A DNA stretch of 45,992 nucleotides from Eubacteriales bacterium (GTDB lineage Bacteria > Bacillota > Clostridia > Oscillospirales > CAG-272): assembly GCA_045645605.1 (NCBI GenBank), contig JAZRJC010000043.1, positions 1-45,992 of the forward strand, read 5' to 3'. Below, piece after piece: positions 25,548-34,177 of the stretch (position 1 is the stretch's first letter; every line of letters begins with the position of its first letter). Under the pieces are notes generated by a model that saw nothing but the letters and a program-made list of their open reading frames with translations, searched no databases and was not told the DNA's origin. Both the position numbers and the translations under genes were made by a program.

Positions 25548-27287
25548 TTATCTATCCTCCCCAACTTCGATAGCGCCAATCTTGCACATCTGCGTACAAA
25601 CATCACAGCCCACGCACTGTGTAAAGTCAACGCAGGCCTTTCCGTTCTTCATACTGATCGCAGGACAGCCTATCTTCATGCACATCTTACAGCCGATACA
25701 TTTTTCCGTGTTGATCTTAACGGGGGACTTCGCCTTTACGTATTTAAGAAGCATACAGGGTCTTCTTGAGATGATAACCGAGGGCTCGGGAGCAGCAAGC
25801 TCCTCTACCACCGCCGTCTCACATTCGGCAAGGTTATAGGGATCAACCACTCTTACTCGCTTGATACCGATTGCACGGCAAAGCTCCTCAAGGTTCACCG
25901 CCGCCGCAGGCTCACCCTTAATGTTGTAGCCCGTCGTGGGGTTCTGCTGGTGGCCCGTCATACCCGTAATTGAGTTATCAAGAATAATTACGGTTGAATT
26001 TGAGCCGTTGTATGCGATATTGACAAGACCCGTCATACCCGAGTGCATAAAGGTCGAATCACCGATTACGCAAACAGTCTTCCCCTCGCTCTCAGCTCCG
26101 CCCGCCTTATTAAAGCCGTGGATACCCGACACAGACGCACCCATACAAAGAGTTGAATCAAGGGCGTTGAGGGGTGCGGCGCTTCCGAGCGTGTAGCAGC
26201 CGATGTCACCGAGAACGGTGATCTTCTTCTTTGAGAGTATGTAGAAAAGACCTCTGTGAGGACAGCCTGCACACATAAGCGGAGGACGAACGGGGATAGG
26301 CGAATCTGCCGATCTTGATTCTGGAAGAGGCATGCCAAATGCCGCCCTTATCGTCTTCTGATTAAATTCGCCGATAGGAGAGAACATCTCCTTACCGATA
26401 CAGTCTATGCCGAGATTTTTAACGTGAGATTCGATAATTCCGTCAAGCTCCTCGATAACGTAGAGCTTCTTTACGCCTGCCGCAAAGTCGCAAATAAGCT
26501 TCTCGGGAAGAGGATTTACGATACCGAGCTTCAGAACAGAAACTGTGTCACCGAATACCTCCTTCACATACTGATAGCAAGTTCCCGAGCAAATAATACC
26601 GATATCAGCTCCGCCTGCCTCAACTCTGTTAAGCACACTTACGTCGCCAAGAGCCGCGAGCTTCTTCGTTCTTTCCTCAACGAAGGGGTGACGGCGGATA
26701 GCGTTTGCGGGAGCCATAATAAACTTCTGCGGATTTTTTTCGTATGTAGGGAGTGCCTTCTCTTGTCTTTCGCCAAGCTCAACAGCTCCCTGTGAATGAG
26801 CAATTCTCGTGCAGATACGGACGATTACGGGTGTATCGTATTCCTCCGAGATGTCAAACGCCGCCTTGACAAACTCCTTTGCCTCGCTCGAATCGGATGG
26901 CTCGAGCATAGGAACCTTTGCCGCAATTGCGTAGTGTCTTGAGTCCTGCTCGTTCTGGGACGAGTGCATAGCGGGGTCGTCGGCTACGAAAATAACCATA
27001 CCACCGTTAACTCCCGTATAGGAAAGGGTGAAAAGAGGGTCTGCCGCAACGTTAAGACCTACGTGCTTCATAGCACAAGCCGTTCTTACTCCGCGAAGAG
27101 ACGCTCCGAAGGCAACCTCACAAGCAACCTTTTCGTTGGGTGCCCATTCGCAGTAGATTTCGTCGTATTTTGCCGCAAATTCGGTGATTTCGGTAGAGGG
27201 TGTTCCGGGATAGCTTGATACTACCTTCGCACCTGCTTCATAAAGGCCTCTTGCAAGAGCCTCATTACCAAGCATCAATTTTTTCAT
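25548..27287 (-). CDS. iorA: Indolepyruvate:ferredoxin oxidoreductase subunit alpha (TPP plus 2x[4Fe-4S]), 579 aa
   Basis: The N-terminus is GNEALARGLYEAGAKVVSSYPGTPSTEI. The TPP motif is GDSTFMHSGMTGLVN. The C-terminal ferredoxin motifs are CIGCKMCMKIGCP and CVGCDVCTQMC. Confidence 0.88.
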   Translation of the reverse strand: MKKLMLGNEALARGLYEAGAKVVSSYPGTPSTEITEFAAKYDEIYCEWAPNEKVACEVAFGASLRGVRTACAMKHVGLNVAADPLFTLSYTGVNGGMVIFVADDPAMHSSQNEQDSRHYAIAAKVPMLEPSDSSEAKEFVKAAFDISEEYDTPVIVRICTRIAHSQGAVELGERQEKALPTYEKNPQKFIMAPANAIRRHPFVEERTKKLAALGDVSVLNRVEAGGADIGIICSGTCYQYVKEVFGDTVSVLKLGIVNPLPEKLICDFAAGVKKLYVIEELDGIIESHVKNLGIDCIGKEMFSPIGEFNQKTIRAAFGMPLPESRSADSPIPVRPPLMCAGCPHRGLFYILSKKKITVLGDIGCYTLGSAAPLNALDSTLCMGASVSGIHGFNKAGGAESEGKTVCVIGDSTFMHSGMTGLVNIAYNGSNSTVIILDNSITGMTGHQQNPTTGYNIKGEPAAAVNLEELCRAIGIKRVRVVDPYNLAECETAVVEELAAPEPSVIISRRPCMLLKYVKAKSPVKINTEKCIGCKMCMKIGCPAISMKNGKACVDFTQCVGCDVCTQMCKIGAIEVGEDR

Positions 27288-27317
27288 CAGTATATCTCCT
27301 TTTAATCTATCTAAAAA

Positions 27318-28874
27318 TCAAGCACCGAGGCTGTCTGTAATCTCAACCGTTTTTGTGTCGTTATAGCATTCAAACGCCGCATCGACGTTCTCGGGGGTCG
27401 TCTTTTTGGTCAAAAGGCTGACTACGGGAACAAGAACGAGTCCACCAAGCATAGCGAACACGCCCGAATAGAGCGAATTTCTGAACACGAAGGAAAGAAC
27501 GGGAATATCTGCAACCGAGATAAATCCGAGCGAGATAAGGAGCTGGACAAGCTCAAGTCCAACGCCAAACACGAAGGATACCACCACTGCCGCCTTCGTA
27601 GTCCTCTTCCAGTAAAGACCGTAAAGGAAGGGTGCGAGGAAGGCGCCTGCAAGTGCGCCCCAGGAAACGCCCATCATCTGTGCAATATAGATATTGTTAG
27701 TTCTCGCCTGGAAAATCGCAATAGCGGCGGAAATAATAATAAACACAACGATAAATGAACGCATAGTAAGCATCTTTTTCTTCTCGCTCATTCCCTTTTT
27801 CGAGAGAGGAGAGAGGAAGTCGAGTGTGATCGTCGAGCCGCTTGTCAAAACGAGAGATGAGAGGGTTGACATAGATGCGGAAAGCACGAGCACAATAACG
27901 ACCGCAATAATTACGGGGGAGAGAGTTGAGAGCATTCTCGGAATGATCGCGTCAAAGCCGTTTGCTTTAACGTCAACGTCGTAAAGACGTCCGAATCCGC
28001 CAAGGAAATAGCATCCGCCCGCAACAACAATAGCAAAAAGAGTGGAAATAATCGTTCCCTTTTTGATCGAATCTTCATTTTTGATAGCATAGAACTTGCC
28101 AACCATCTGAGGAAGTCCCCAGGTGCCGAGCGAGGTAAGTAAAACAACGAAAATAAGGAACACAGGATCAGGGCCTATGAATGATGCATACTCCCAGCCG
28201 CCATTCTCGCCCGTTGCGAGATTTCCAATAGCAGCCATAAGTCCGCCGTTATCAGAAAGCACCGCCAGAATTACGGCAACGATACCGCCAAGCATAATAA
28301 GTCCCTGGATAAAATCGTTGATTGCAGTTGCCATATAGCCGCCGACAAGAACATAGACACCCGTCAGCACCGCCATAACGATAACGCATACGGCATAGTC
28401 CATTGAGGGAAATACCATGTGGAAAAGTCTTGAAAGACCGTTATAGAGAGAGGCTGTATAAGGGATAAGGAAAACGAACGTGATAAACGACGCCGCAATT
28501 TTCAGCCTCCTTGAGCCGAAGCGCTCGCCGAAGAAATCGGGCATAGTTTTGCAGGAGAGATGCTGGGTCATAATTCTCGTGCGTCTGCCGAGAACGCTCC
28601 AGGCAAGAAGCGAGCCGATGAAGGCGTTTCCAAGACCTATCCAGGTTGACGCAAGACCGAAGTTCCAGCCAAACTGTCCCGCATATCCAACGAAAATTAC
28701 CGCCGAAAAATAGGACGTTCCGTAAGCAAAGGCGGAAAGCCAAGGTCCAACCGAGCGTGAGCCTAAAACGAAGCCGTTGACGTCTGTTGCATTCTTTCTT
28801 TGACGAATGCCGATAATTACCATTACGGCAAAGAAGAAGACGCACATAGCAAGGGTTAAAATCATAGTAAGCAT
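27318..28874 (-). CDS. Sodium:solute symporter (SSS) family transporter, 518 aa
   Basis: It has about 13 predicted hydrophobic helices. SSS-like segments include GFVLGSRSVGPWLSAFAYGTSYFSAV and LPQMVGKFYAIK. A GGAGG SD is present. The substrate is not inferable from sequence. Confidence 0.75.
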   Translation of the reverse strand: MLTMILTLAMCVFFFAVMVIIGIRQRKNATDVNGFVLGSRSVGPWLSAFAYGTSYFSAVIFVGYAGQFGWNFGLASTWIGLGNAFIGSLLAWSVLGRRTRIMTQHLSCKTMPDFFGERFGSRRLKIAASFITFVFLIPYTASLYNGLSRLFHMVFPSMDYAVCVIVMAVLTGVYVLVGGYMATAINDFIQGLIMLGGIVAVILAVLSDNGGLMAAIGNLATGENGGWEYASFIGPDPVFLIFVVLLTSLGTWGLPQMVGKFYAIKNEDSIKKGTIISTLFAIVVAGGCYFLGGFGRLYDVDVKANGFDAIIPRMLSTLSPVIIAVVIVLVLSASMSTLSSLVLTSGSTITLDFLSPLSKKGMSEKKKMLTMRSFIVVFIIISAAIAIFQARTNNIYIAQMMGVSWGALAGAFLAPFLYGLYWKRTTKAAVVVSFVFGVGLELVQLLISLGFISVADIPVLSFVFRNSLYSGVFAMLGGLVLVPVVSLLTKKTTPENVDAAFECYNDTKTVEITDSLGA

Positions 28875-28890
28875 TGTGAAAACCTCCGAT

Positions 28891-28926
28891 GACGGTTTGC
28901 GTTTGAGGTTTTATGTGCAAGCCGTC
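28891..28926 (-). other. Intercistronic stem-loop between the ligase and symporter genes
   Basis: A 10-bp stem gacggtttgc (28891-28900) pairs with gcaagccgtc (28917-28926) with one mismatch, around a 16-nt loop. No T tract follows on the minus strand, so it is not an obvious terminator. Confidence 0.35.
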
Positions 28927-28952
28927 AAAAAACTAATGAAAATTTTTGAGCG

Positions 28953-30587
28953 TCAGCTCTTGTTTTGTATCGAAACTAAAAGGTCGGCACCGTATAGCTT
29001 GCGGAGCTTCGGCTTTTCGATTTTTCCCGTGGGATTTCGGGGCACGTCGGCAAAAATAATCTTGCGCGGACGCTTATATCTCGGCATACCGTGACAAAAT
29101 TCGTTAATTTCCTCCTCGGTACATTCAACCCCGTCCTTTATCTGAATAATAGCCGCCGCAATCTCGCCGAGTCGCTCGTCGGGAAGTCCAATAACGGCTA
29201 CGTCGTGAACCTTATTGCAGCCTCTTATATAGTCCTCGATCTGTACGGGATAGAGGTTTTCTCCGCCCGTAATAATAACGTCCTTTTTGCGGTCAACAAG
29301 GAAGATAAAGCCGTCCTTATCCCGCATCGCCATATCGCCCGTAAAGAGCCAGCCGTCGCGGAGCGTCTTTGCCGTCGCCTCGGGGTCGTTATAGTAGCAT
29401 TCCATAACGCCGTCACCCTTTAAGCAAAGCTCGCCTACGTCCTCGCCCGACACCTCGTCGCCATTCTCGTCAACGATCTTTATCTCCCAACCGTAGCCGG
29501 GAACTCCGATAGCGCCAACCTTATGAATGTTCTCAACACCCAGGTGAACAGCACCCGGCCCTATCGACTCGGAAAGGCCGTAGTTCGTATCGTACTGATG
29601 GCTCGGGAAATATTCAAGCCAATGGTGAATAAGGCTTTGCGGCACAGGCTGTGCGCCAATGTGCATAAGACGCCAAGCGTCAAGGTTATAATCCGAAAGC
29701 TTAAGTCTGCCCGAATCAAGCTCGTTGAGAATGTCCTGCGCCCACGGAACGAGAAGCCAAACTATCGAGCATCTCTCCTTTGACGCCGCCTCAAGAATAA
29801 ACTCGGGACGCGTTCCCTTCAGGAGAACCGCCTTCGAGCCTGCAAGAAGCGAGCCGAACCAGTGCATTTTCGCGCCCGTATGATAAAGGGGGGGAATACA
29901 AAGGAAAACGTCCTCTCTTGATTGAGAATGGTGGTTCTGCTCAACGCGGCAGGAATGAATGAGCGCCTTGTGTCTATGTAGAATAGCCTTCGGGAAGCCC
30001 GTCGTTCCCGACGAGAAATAAATCGCGGCAAAATCCTCCTCTGTGAGAGTAACTCCCGTGTTACAGCTCTCGCAGTCGGCGGTGAGCGTCATATAGCTCT
30101 CCGCAAACATAGGACATCCGTCGCCAACGTATATAAGGAGTCTGTTTTTACTTATCGCGTCGGCAATTCCCTCAACTCGTCCGATAAATTCAGGGCCGAA
30201 TACAAGAACGTCAGCCTCTGCCAGATCGAGACAGTATTTTATCTCGTCCGAGGAATATCTGAAGTTGAGCGGCACTGCCATAGCTCCCGTCTTTAAGATG
30301 CCGAAATAGATGGGCAGCCATTCAAGACAGTTCATAAGAAGTATCGCAACCTTATCTCCCTTGCCGATTCCGCGCTCCATAAGAGCGTGTGCAAAGCGGT
30401 TTGCCTTCTCGTTGAAAACAGACCAGCTTATCTCGCGGCGATAATAGGAGCGATCGGTCGACTGAACGAGGTCGTATTCACGCCAGGTCATTCTTCTGTC
30501 GTCGCTTACCTCGGGATTGATTTCAACAAGAGCTACGTCACTCCCGTATTCCTTGCTGTTTCTTTCAAGCAAATCAACTATAGTCAT
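28953..30587 (-). CDS. AMP-forming acyl-CoA synthetase / class I adenylate-forming ligase, 544 aa
   Basis: The AMP-binding motif is YFSSGTTGFPKAI. The motifs YHTGA and TGDMAMRDKDGFIFLVDRKKDVIITGGENLYP are present, and the C-terminal catalytic Lys lies in PRNPTGKIEK. The SD is weak. Confidence 0.88.
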   Translation of the reverse strand: MTIVDLLERNSKEYGSDVALVEINPEVSDDRRMTWREYDLVQSTDRSYYRREISWSVFNEKANRFAHALMERGIGKGDKVAILLMNCLEWLPIYFGILKTGAMAVPLNFRYSSDEIKYCLDLAEADVLVFGPEFIGRVEGIADAISKNRLLIYVGDGCPMFAESYMTLTADCESCNTGVTLTEEDFAAIYFSSGTTGFPKAILHRHKALIHSCRVEQNHHSQSREDVFLCIPPLYHTGAKMHWFGSLLAGSKAVLLKGTRPEFILEAASKERCSIVWLLVPWAQDILNELDSGRLKLSDYNLDAWRLMHIGAQPVPQSLIHHWLEYFPSHQYDTNYGLSESIGPGAVHLGVENIHKVGAIGVPGYGWEIKIVDENGDEVSGEDVGELCLKGDGVMECYYNDPEATAKTLRDGWLFTGDMAMRDKDGFIFLVDRKKDVIITGGENLYPVQIEDYIRGCNKVHDVAVIGLPDERLGEIAAAIIQIKDGVECTEEEINEFCHGMPRYKRPRKIIFADVPRNPTGKIEKPKLRKLYGADLLVSIQNKS

Positions 30588-30599
30588 TATTTCTACCGG

Positions 30600-30620
30600 G
30601 TCTTACCGCGTTGGTAAGAC
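30600..30620 (-). other. 5'-UTR hairpin just upstream of the ligase start codon
   Basis: On the minus strand GTCTTACC-aacgc-GGTAAGAC ends 12 nt before the ATG. Function is unknown. Confidence 0.3.
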
Positions 30621-30689
30621 TTCCTTTCAAAATTTTCTGTTTTATTCATTTTTTCGCCGAAAACACGTAAATAGATAATATTCTTTTTC

Positions 30690-30718
30690 ATTATATCACA
30701 ATAAGGAAAAAAAAGCAA
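30690..30718 (-). promoter_or_regulatory. Sigma-70-type promoter for the ligase-symporter-iorAB operon
   Basis: On the minus strand: -35 TTGCTT (30718-30713), a 17-nt spacer, then TGa-TATAAT extended -10 (30695-30690). Confidence 0.5.
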
Positions 30719-30809
30719 TAAAAAGCAGAAAAAAATACTCCTTTTCAATAAATATTTGTCCTCCTTTTCCTCTTTTAGCAATTATTTTTGAAAAAATTCT
30801 CATAAACTA

Positions 30810-30838
30810 TTGCATTTTTCGAAAAAGTGTGTTATAAT
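30810..30838 (+). promoter_or_regulatory. Sigma-70-type promoter for secG
   Basis: -35 TTGCAT (30810-30815), a 17-nt spacer, then -10 TATAAT (30833-30838). Confidence 0.55.
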
Positions 30839-30896
30839 CAAGCAGATTTAGATGTGTGAAAACACAACGAAAGCTTAATATATGGAGGAGTTTATA

Positions 30897-31130
30897 ATGG
30901 AATTCGTTTTGGGGATTGCTCTTATCGTTATGGCAGTTTTCTTGATTATAGCCGTTCTTATGCAGTCGGGTAAGGACAAGAGACTTTCCGGTACTATCGC
31001 CGGCGGCGCTGAAACCTTCTTCGGCAAGAGCAAGGCTAATACTGCTGACAAGATTTTGTCAAAGCTTACAACTGTCGTTGCAATTATCTTCGTTGTTCTC
31101 GTTATCGCATTGTATATCATTGCAGGTTAA
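30897..31130 (+). CDS. secG: Preprotein translocase subunit SecG, 77 aa
   Basis: Taken from ORF 30882..31130. I start it at ATG 30897 because GGAGGAG at 30884-30890 is the SD. It has two TM helices flanking LMQSGKDKRLSGTIAGGAETFFG, the SecG signature loop. Confidence 0.85.
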   Translation: MEFVLGIALIVMAVFLIIAVLMQSGKDKRLSGTIAGGAETFFGKSKANTADKILSKLTTVVAIIFVVLVIALYIIAG

Positions 31131-31175
31131 TTGCAAATTGAGACAGTCACTTTTTTGAGTTTGAGCTGTTTAATT

Positions 31176-31217
31176 ATAAGAAGTGCTGCTTTGTGCCGCA
31201 CTTCTTATTTTCTTTTT
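31176..31217 (+). terminator. Rho-independent terminator after secG
   Basis: An 11-bp stem ataagaagtgc (31176-31186) pairs with gcacttcttat (31198-31208), followed by TTTCTTTTT. Confidence 0.65.
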
Positions 31218-31235
31218 ACATAATAAGAGGTACGT

Positions 31236-34166
31236 ATGAAATTTCCTTATTCGAACAAGGCCCTCGGTATAGACATAGGGTCAACGACCACAAAGATTTT
31301 TCTGGCCGACGGCGGTCAGGTAATATACGAAAAATACGAAAGGCATCTCTCAAGAGTCCGCGAAAAAACGATTGAAATGCTTAAAGAAATAGAGCCGCTT
31401 CTTAACGGCGAATTTTCTGTTGCAATTTCGGGCTCGGCGGGGCTTGGCGTGGCGGAGGCGGCAGGACTGCCCTTTATTCAGGAGGTCTATGCAACGGGTG
31501 AGGCTGTCCGTCGGTACGAGCCGGACACGAATGCCGTCATCGAGCTTGGCGGAGAGGACGCAAAGGTTATCTTCTTTGACGGCGGCATCGACGAGCGAAT
31601 GAACGGAAGCTGTGCAGGCGGAACCGGTGCCTTTATCGACCAAATGGCGGTTCTTCTCAATATGACGGCAGACGAGCTTGACGAGATAAGCCGCGAGGCA
31701 AAAAGGATCTATCCGATAGCGTCGCGCTGCGGCGTTTTTGCAAAGACGGATATTCAGCCGCTTTTGAATCAGGGGGCGGCGAAGGCAGACGTTGCCGCAA
31801 GTATTTATCAGGCGGTTGTAAATCAGACGATAACGGGTCTTGCACAGGGTCGAAAAATCGACGGCAAAGTCTTATTTCTCGGCGGCCCCCTTTATTTCTG
31901 CCAAGGACTTCGCGAGCGCTTCAAGCTGACGCTTGGTCTTGCCGACGATAACGCAATCTTCCCCGAATACGGCAGGTTTGCCGTAGCACTCGGTGCGGCT
32001 CTTCATTCGGCAACGCTTGGCACAAAAACCAACTATTCTGAGCTTATTGATAAAATCTCGGGCTGTGAAATGACCCTTGGCGCTGACAGACTTCCGCCTC
32101 TTTTTGAGAACGAGGCAGATTATTCCGCTTTCACCGAAAGACACGCAAGGGCAACCGTTAAAAATATTGATATTTCTTCCTACAGCGGCCGCGCGTGGCT
32201 CGGTATCGACTGCGGAAGCACTACGACAAAGCTCGTTCTAATCTCGGAGAACAAGGAGATTCTTTACAGTTATTACAGCTCGAATAAGGGAAACCCCGTC
32301 GACGTCGTTCGCGAACAGCTGACACTTCTGCGCAAAACGTGCGGCGACAGAATCGAGATTTGCGGATGCGCCGCAACAGGCTACGGCGAGGAGCTTATAA
32401 CTAACGCCTTCCGCTGTGACATGGGAGTCGTTGAAACGATAGCACACTATACAGCGGCAAAATTTTTCCGTCCCGACGTTGATTTTATTCTCGATATCGG
32501 CGGTCAGGATATAAAATGCTTCAAAATACGCAACGGAACGATAGATTCTATTATGCTGAACGAGGCCTGCTCCTCGGGCTGCGGCTCGTTTATCGAAACC
32601 TTTGCTCGCTCAATGGGATACGATATTGCGGAATTTGCCCGTCTCGGCCTTTCCGCAAAGGCTCCCGTAAACCTTGGCTCAAGATGTACCGTCTTTATGA
32701 ATTCCTCGGTCAAGCAGTCGCAAAAGGACGGCGCCTCGGTTGAGGATATCTCGGCAGGTCTCTCTGTGAGCGTTGTTAAAAACGCTATTTATAAGGTTAT
32801 CCGCGCAAGCTCGCCAGCATCTCTCGGTGAGCATATCGTGGTTCAGGGCGGAACATTCCATAACGACGCCGTGCTTCGTGCGTTTGAGATGGAGCTTGGC
32901 TTAAAGGTAATTCGTCCGACGATCGCGGGCATTATGGGAGCTTACGGCGCGGCTCTTTACTCTATGAGATGCAAGAGCTCAACGCTTCTCTCATGCGAGG
33001 AGCTTGAGAGCTTTTCTCACACGTCAAAATCCGCCGTTTGTCACGGCTGCACCAACAGCTGTCATCTGACAGTAAACACCTTTGGCGACGGCAAGAAATT
33101 CATCTCGGGAAACCGCTGTGAAAAGGCACTTGGAGCCTCAAGCGAGTCGGCGCTTCCGAATCTTCACGAATGGAAGAGAGAATATCTCTCCTCTCTTAGT
33201 CCCATCGACGGCGGACGCGGCAAAATCGGTCTTCCGCTATCCCTCTCTCATTTTGAGCTTTTGCCTCTCTGGTATGGGCTTTTCACCTCGCTTGGCTTCG
33301 AGGTGATAACCTCACGACTCTCAACGAGACGCACATACGAGAAAGGACAGTTTTCAATTCCGTCCGATACCGCCTGCTATCCTGCAAAAATTATGCACGG
33401 ACATATCGAGGAGCTTATTTCTGACGGAATAAAAAGCATTTTTTATCCGTCCCTCTCATATACCGTTGACGAAAAGCAGTCGGCAAATCATTATAACTGC
33501 CCCGTCGTTGCTTACTACGCGGAGCTTCTTCGCGGTAATATGGATTCGTTGAAGAAGGTCAACTTTTTGTACCCTTATCTCAACATCAACAGCCGCGCGG
33601 CTCTTGTAAAAACGATATATCCAACCTTGAAGAAGCTTGATGAGAGCATTACGCTTGCCCAAACGAAAAAAGCCGTCAAGGCAGGCTTTGCCGAATATGA
33701 CAAATACGTAAAGGCTCTTCGAAAGGAGGGCGAGCACGCGCTTGAGATCGCAAGGAAAAAGGGCAAGCGAATTATGATCCTTGCAGGCAGACCCTATCAC
33801 ACAGACCCCGAAATCGGTCACGGAATAGATAAGCTTGCAGCCTCTCTCGGCTTCTGCGTTGTCAGTGAGGACAGCGTTTGCCATCTTGAGAGGTGTCCGA
33901 GAACGAAGGTGCTTAACCAATGGACCTTCCATTCAAGGCTTTACCGTGCGGCTCGCTATGCGGCGCGTCACGCTGACACCGAGCTTGTTCAGCTCGTTTC
34001 CTTCGGCTGCGGAATCGACGCTATAACGACGGACGAGGTTAGAAAAATACTTGAGCGCGAGGGTAAATTCTACACACAGATTAAAATCGACGAGATAACT
34101 AATCTCGGAGCTGTTAAAATAAGACTTCGCAGTCTTCTCGGAACGCTTATGGAGAAGGAAAGATAA
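31236..34166 (+). CDS. Acyl-CoA dehydratase activase-type protein: two tandem BcrAD/BadFG (HgdC-like) ATPase modules fused to a dehydratase-subunit-like C-domain, 976 aa
   Basis: Two ASKHA phosphate-1 motifs are present: LGIDIGSTTTK at the N-terminus and LGIDCGSTTTK near residue 312. Each module has a cluster-ligand-like Cys pair: GSCAGGTGAF with SRCGVFA, and EACSSGCGSF with SRCTVFM. A linker reads CHGCTNSCH...NRCEK. The C-domain has the motifs DTACYPAK, YNCPVV and SFGCGID. Confidence 0.85.
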   Translation: MKFPYSNKALGIDIGSTTTKIFLADGGQVIYEKYERHLSRVREKTIEMLKEIEPLLNGEFSVAISGSAGLGVAEAAGLPFIQEVYATGEAVRRYEPDTNAVIELGGEDAKVIFFDGGIDERMNGSCAGGTGAFIDQMAVLLNMTADELDEISREAKRIYPIASRCGVFAKTDIQPLLNQGAAKADVAASIYQAVVNQTITGLAQGRKIDGKVLFLGGPLYFCQGLRERFKLTLGLADDNAIFPEYGRFAVALGAALHSATLGTKTNYSELIDKISGCEMTLGADRLPPLFENEADYSAFTERHARATVKNIDISSYSGRAWLGIDCGSTTTKLVLISENKEILYSYYSSNKGNPVDVVREQLTLLRKTCGDRIEICGCAATGYGEELITNAFRCDMGVVETIAHYTAAKFFRPDVDFILDIGGQDIKCFKIRNGTIDSIMLNEACSSGCGSFIETFARSMGYDIAEFARLGLSAKAPVNLGSRCTVFMNSSVKQSQKDGASVEDISAGLSVSVVKNAIYKVIRASSPASLGEHIVVQGGTFHNDAVLRAFEMELGLKVIRPTIAGIMGAYGAALYSMRCKSSTLLSCEELESFSHTSKSAVCHGCTNSCHLTVNTFGDGKKFISGNRCEKALGASSESALPNLHEWKREYLSSLSPIDGGRGKIGLPLSLSHFELLPLWYGLFTSLGFEVITSRLSTRRTYEKGQFSIPSDTACYPAKIMHGHIEELISDGIKSIFYPSLSYTVDEKQSANHYNCPVVAYYAELLRGNMDSLKKVNFLYPYLNINSRAALVKTIYPTLKKLDESITLAQTKKAVKAGFAEYDKYVKALRKEGEHALEIARKKGKRIMILAGRPYHTDPEIGHGIDKLAASLGFCVVSEDSVCHLERCPRTKVLNQWTFHSRLYRAARYAARHADTELVQLVSFGCGIDAITTDEVRKILEREGKFYTQIKIDEITNLGAVKIRLRSLLGTLMEKER

Positions 34167-34177
34167 GGAGGGATTTT

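Noticed and set aside
24839-25573. A 244-aa plus-strand ORF antisense to iorB and the glyA-iorB spacer. Similar shadow ORFs occur at 228..710, 6604..7083, 21760..22353, 38067..38645 and 42856..43422.
   Set aside because: All lie opposite strongly supported genes, lack SD sequences and show no family motifs. I treat them as shadow ORFs.
30593-30781. A 62-aa minus-strand ORF, and a possible 18-aa leader peptide, in the 5' region of the acyl-CoA ligase operon.
   Set aside because: It spans the predicted promoter itself, has no SD before any of its ATGs, and is low-complexity AT-rich translation. I kept only the promoter and the UTR hairpin.
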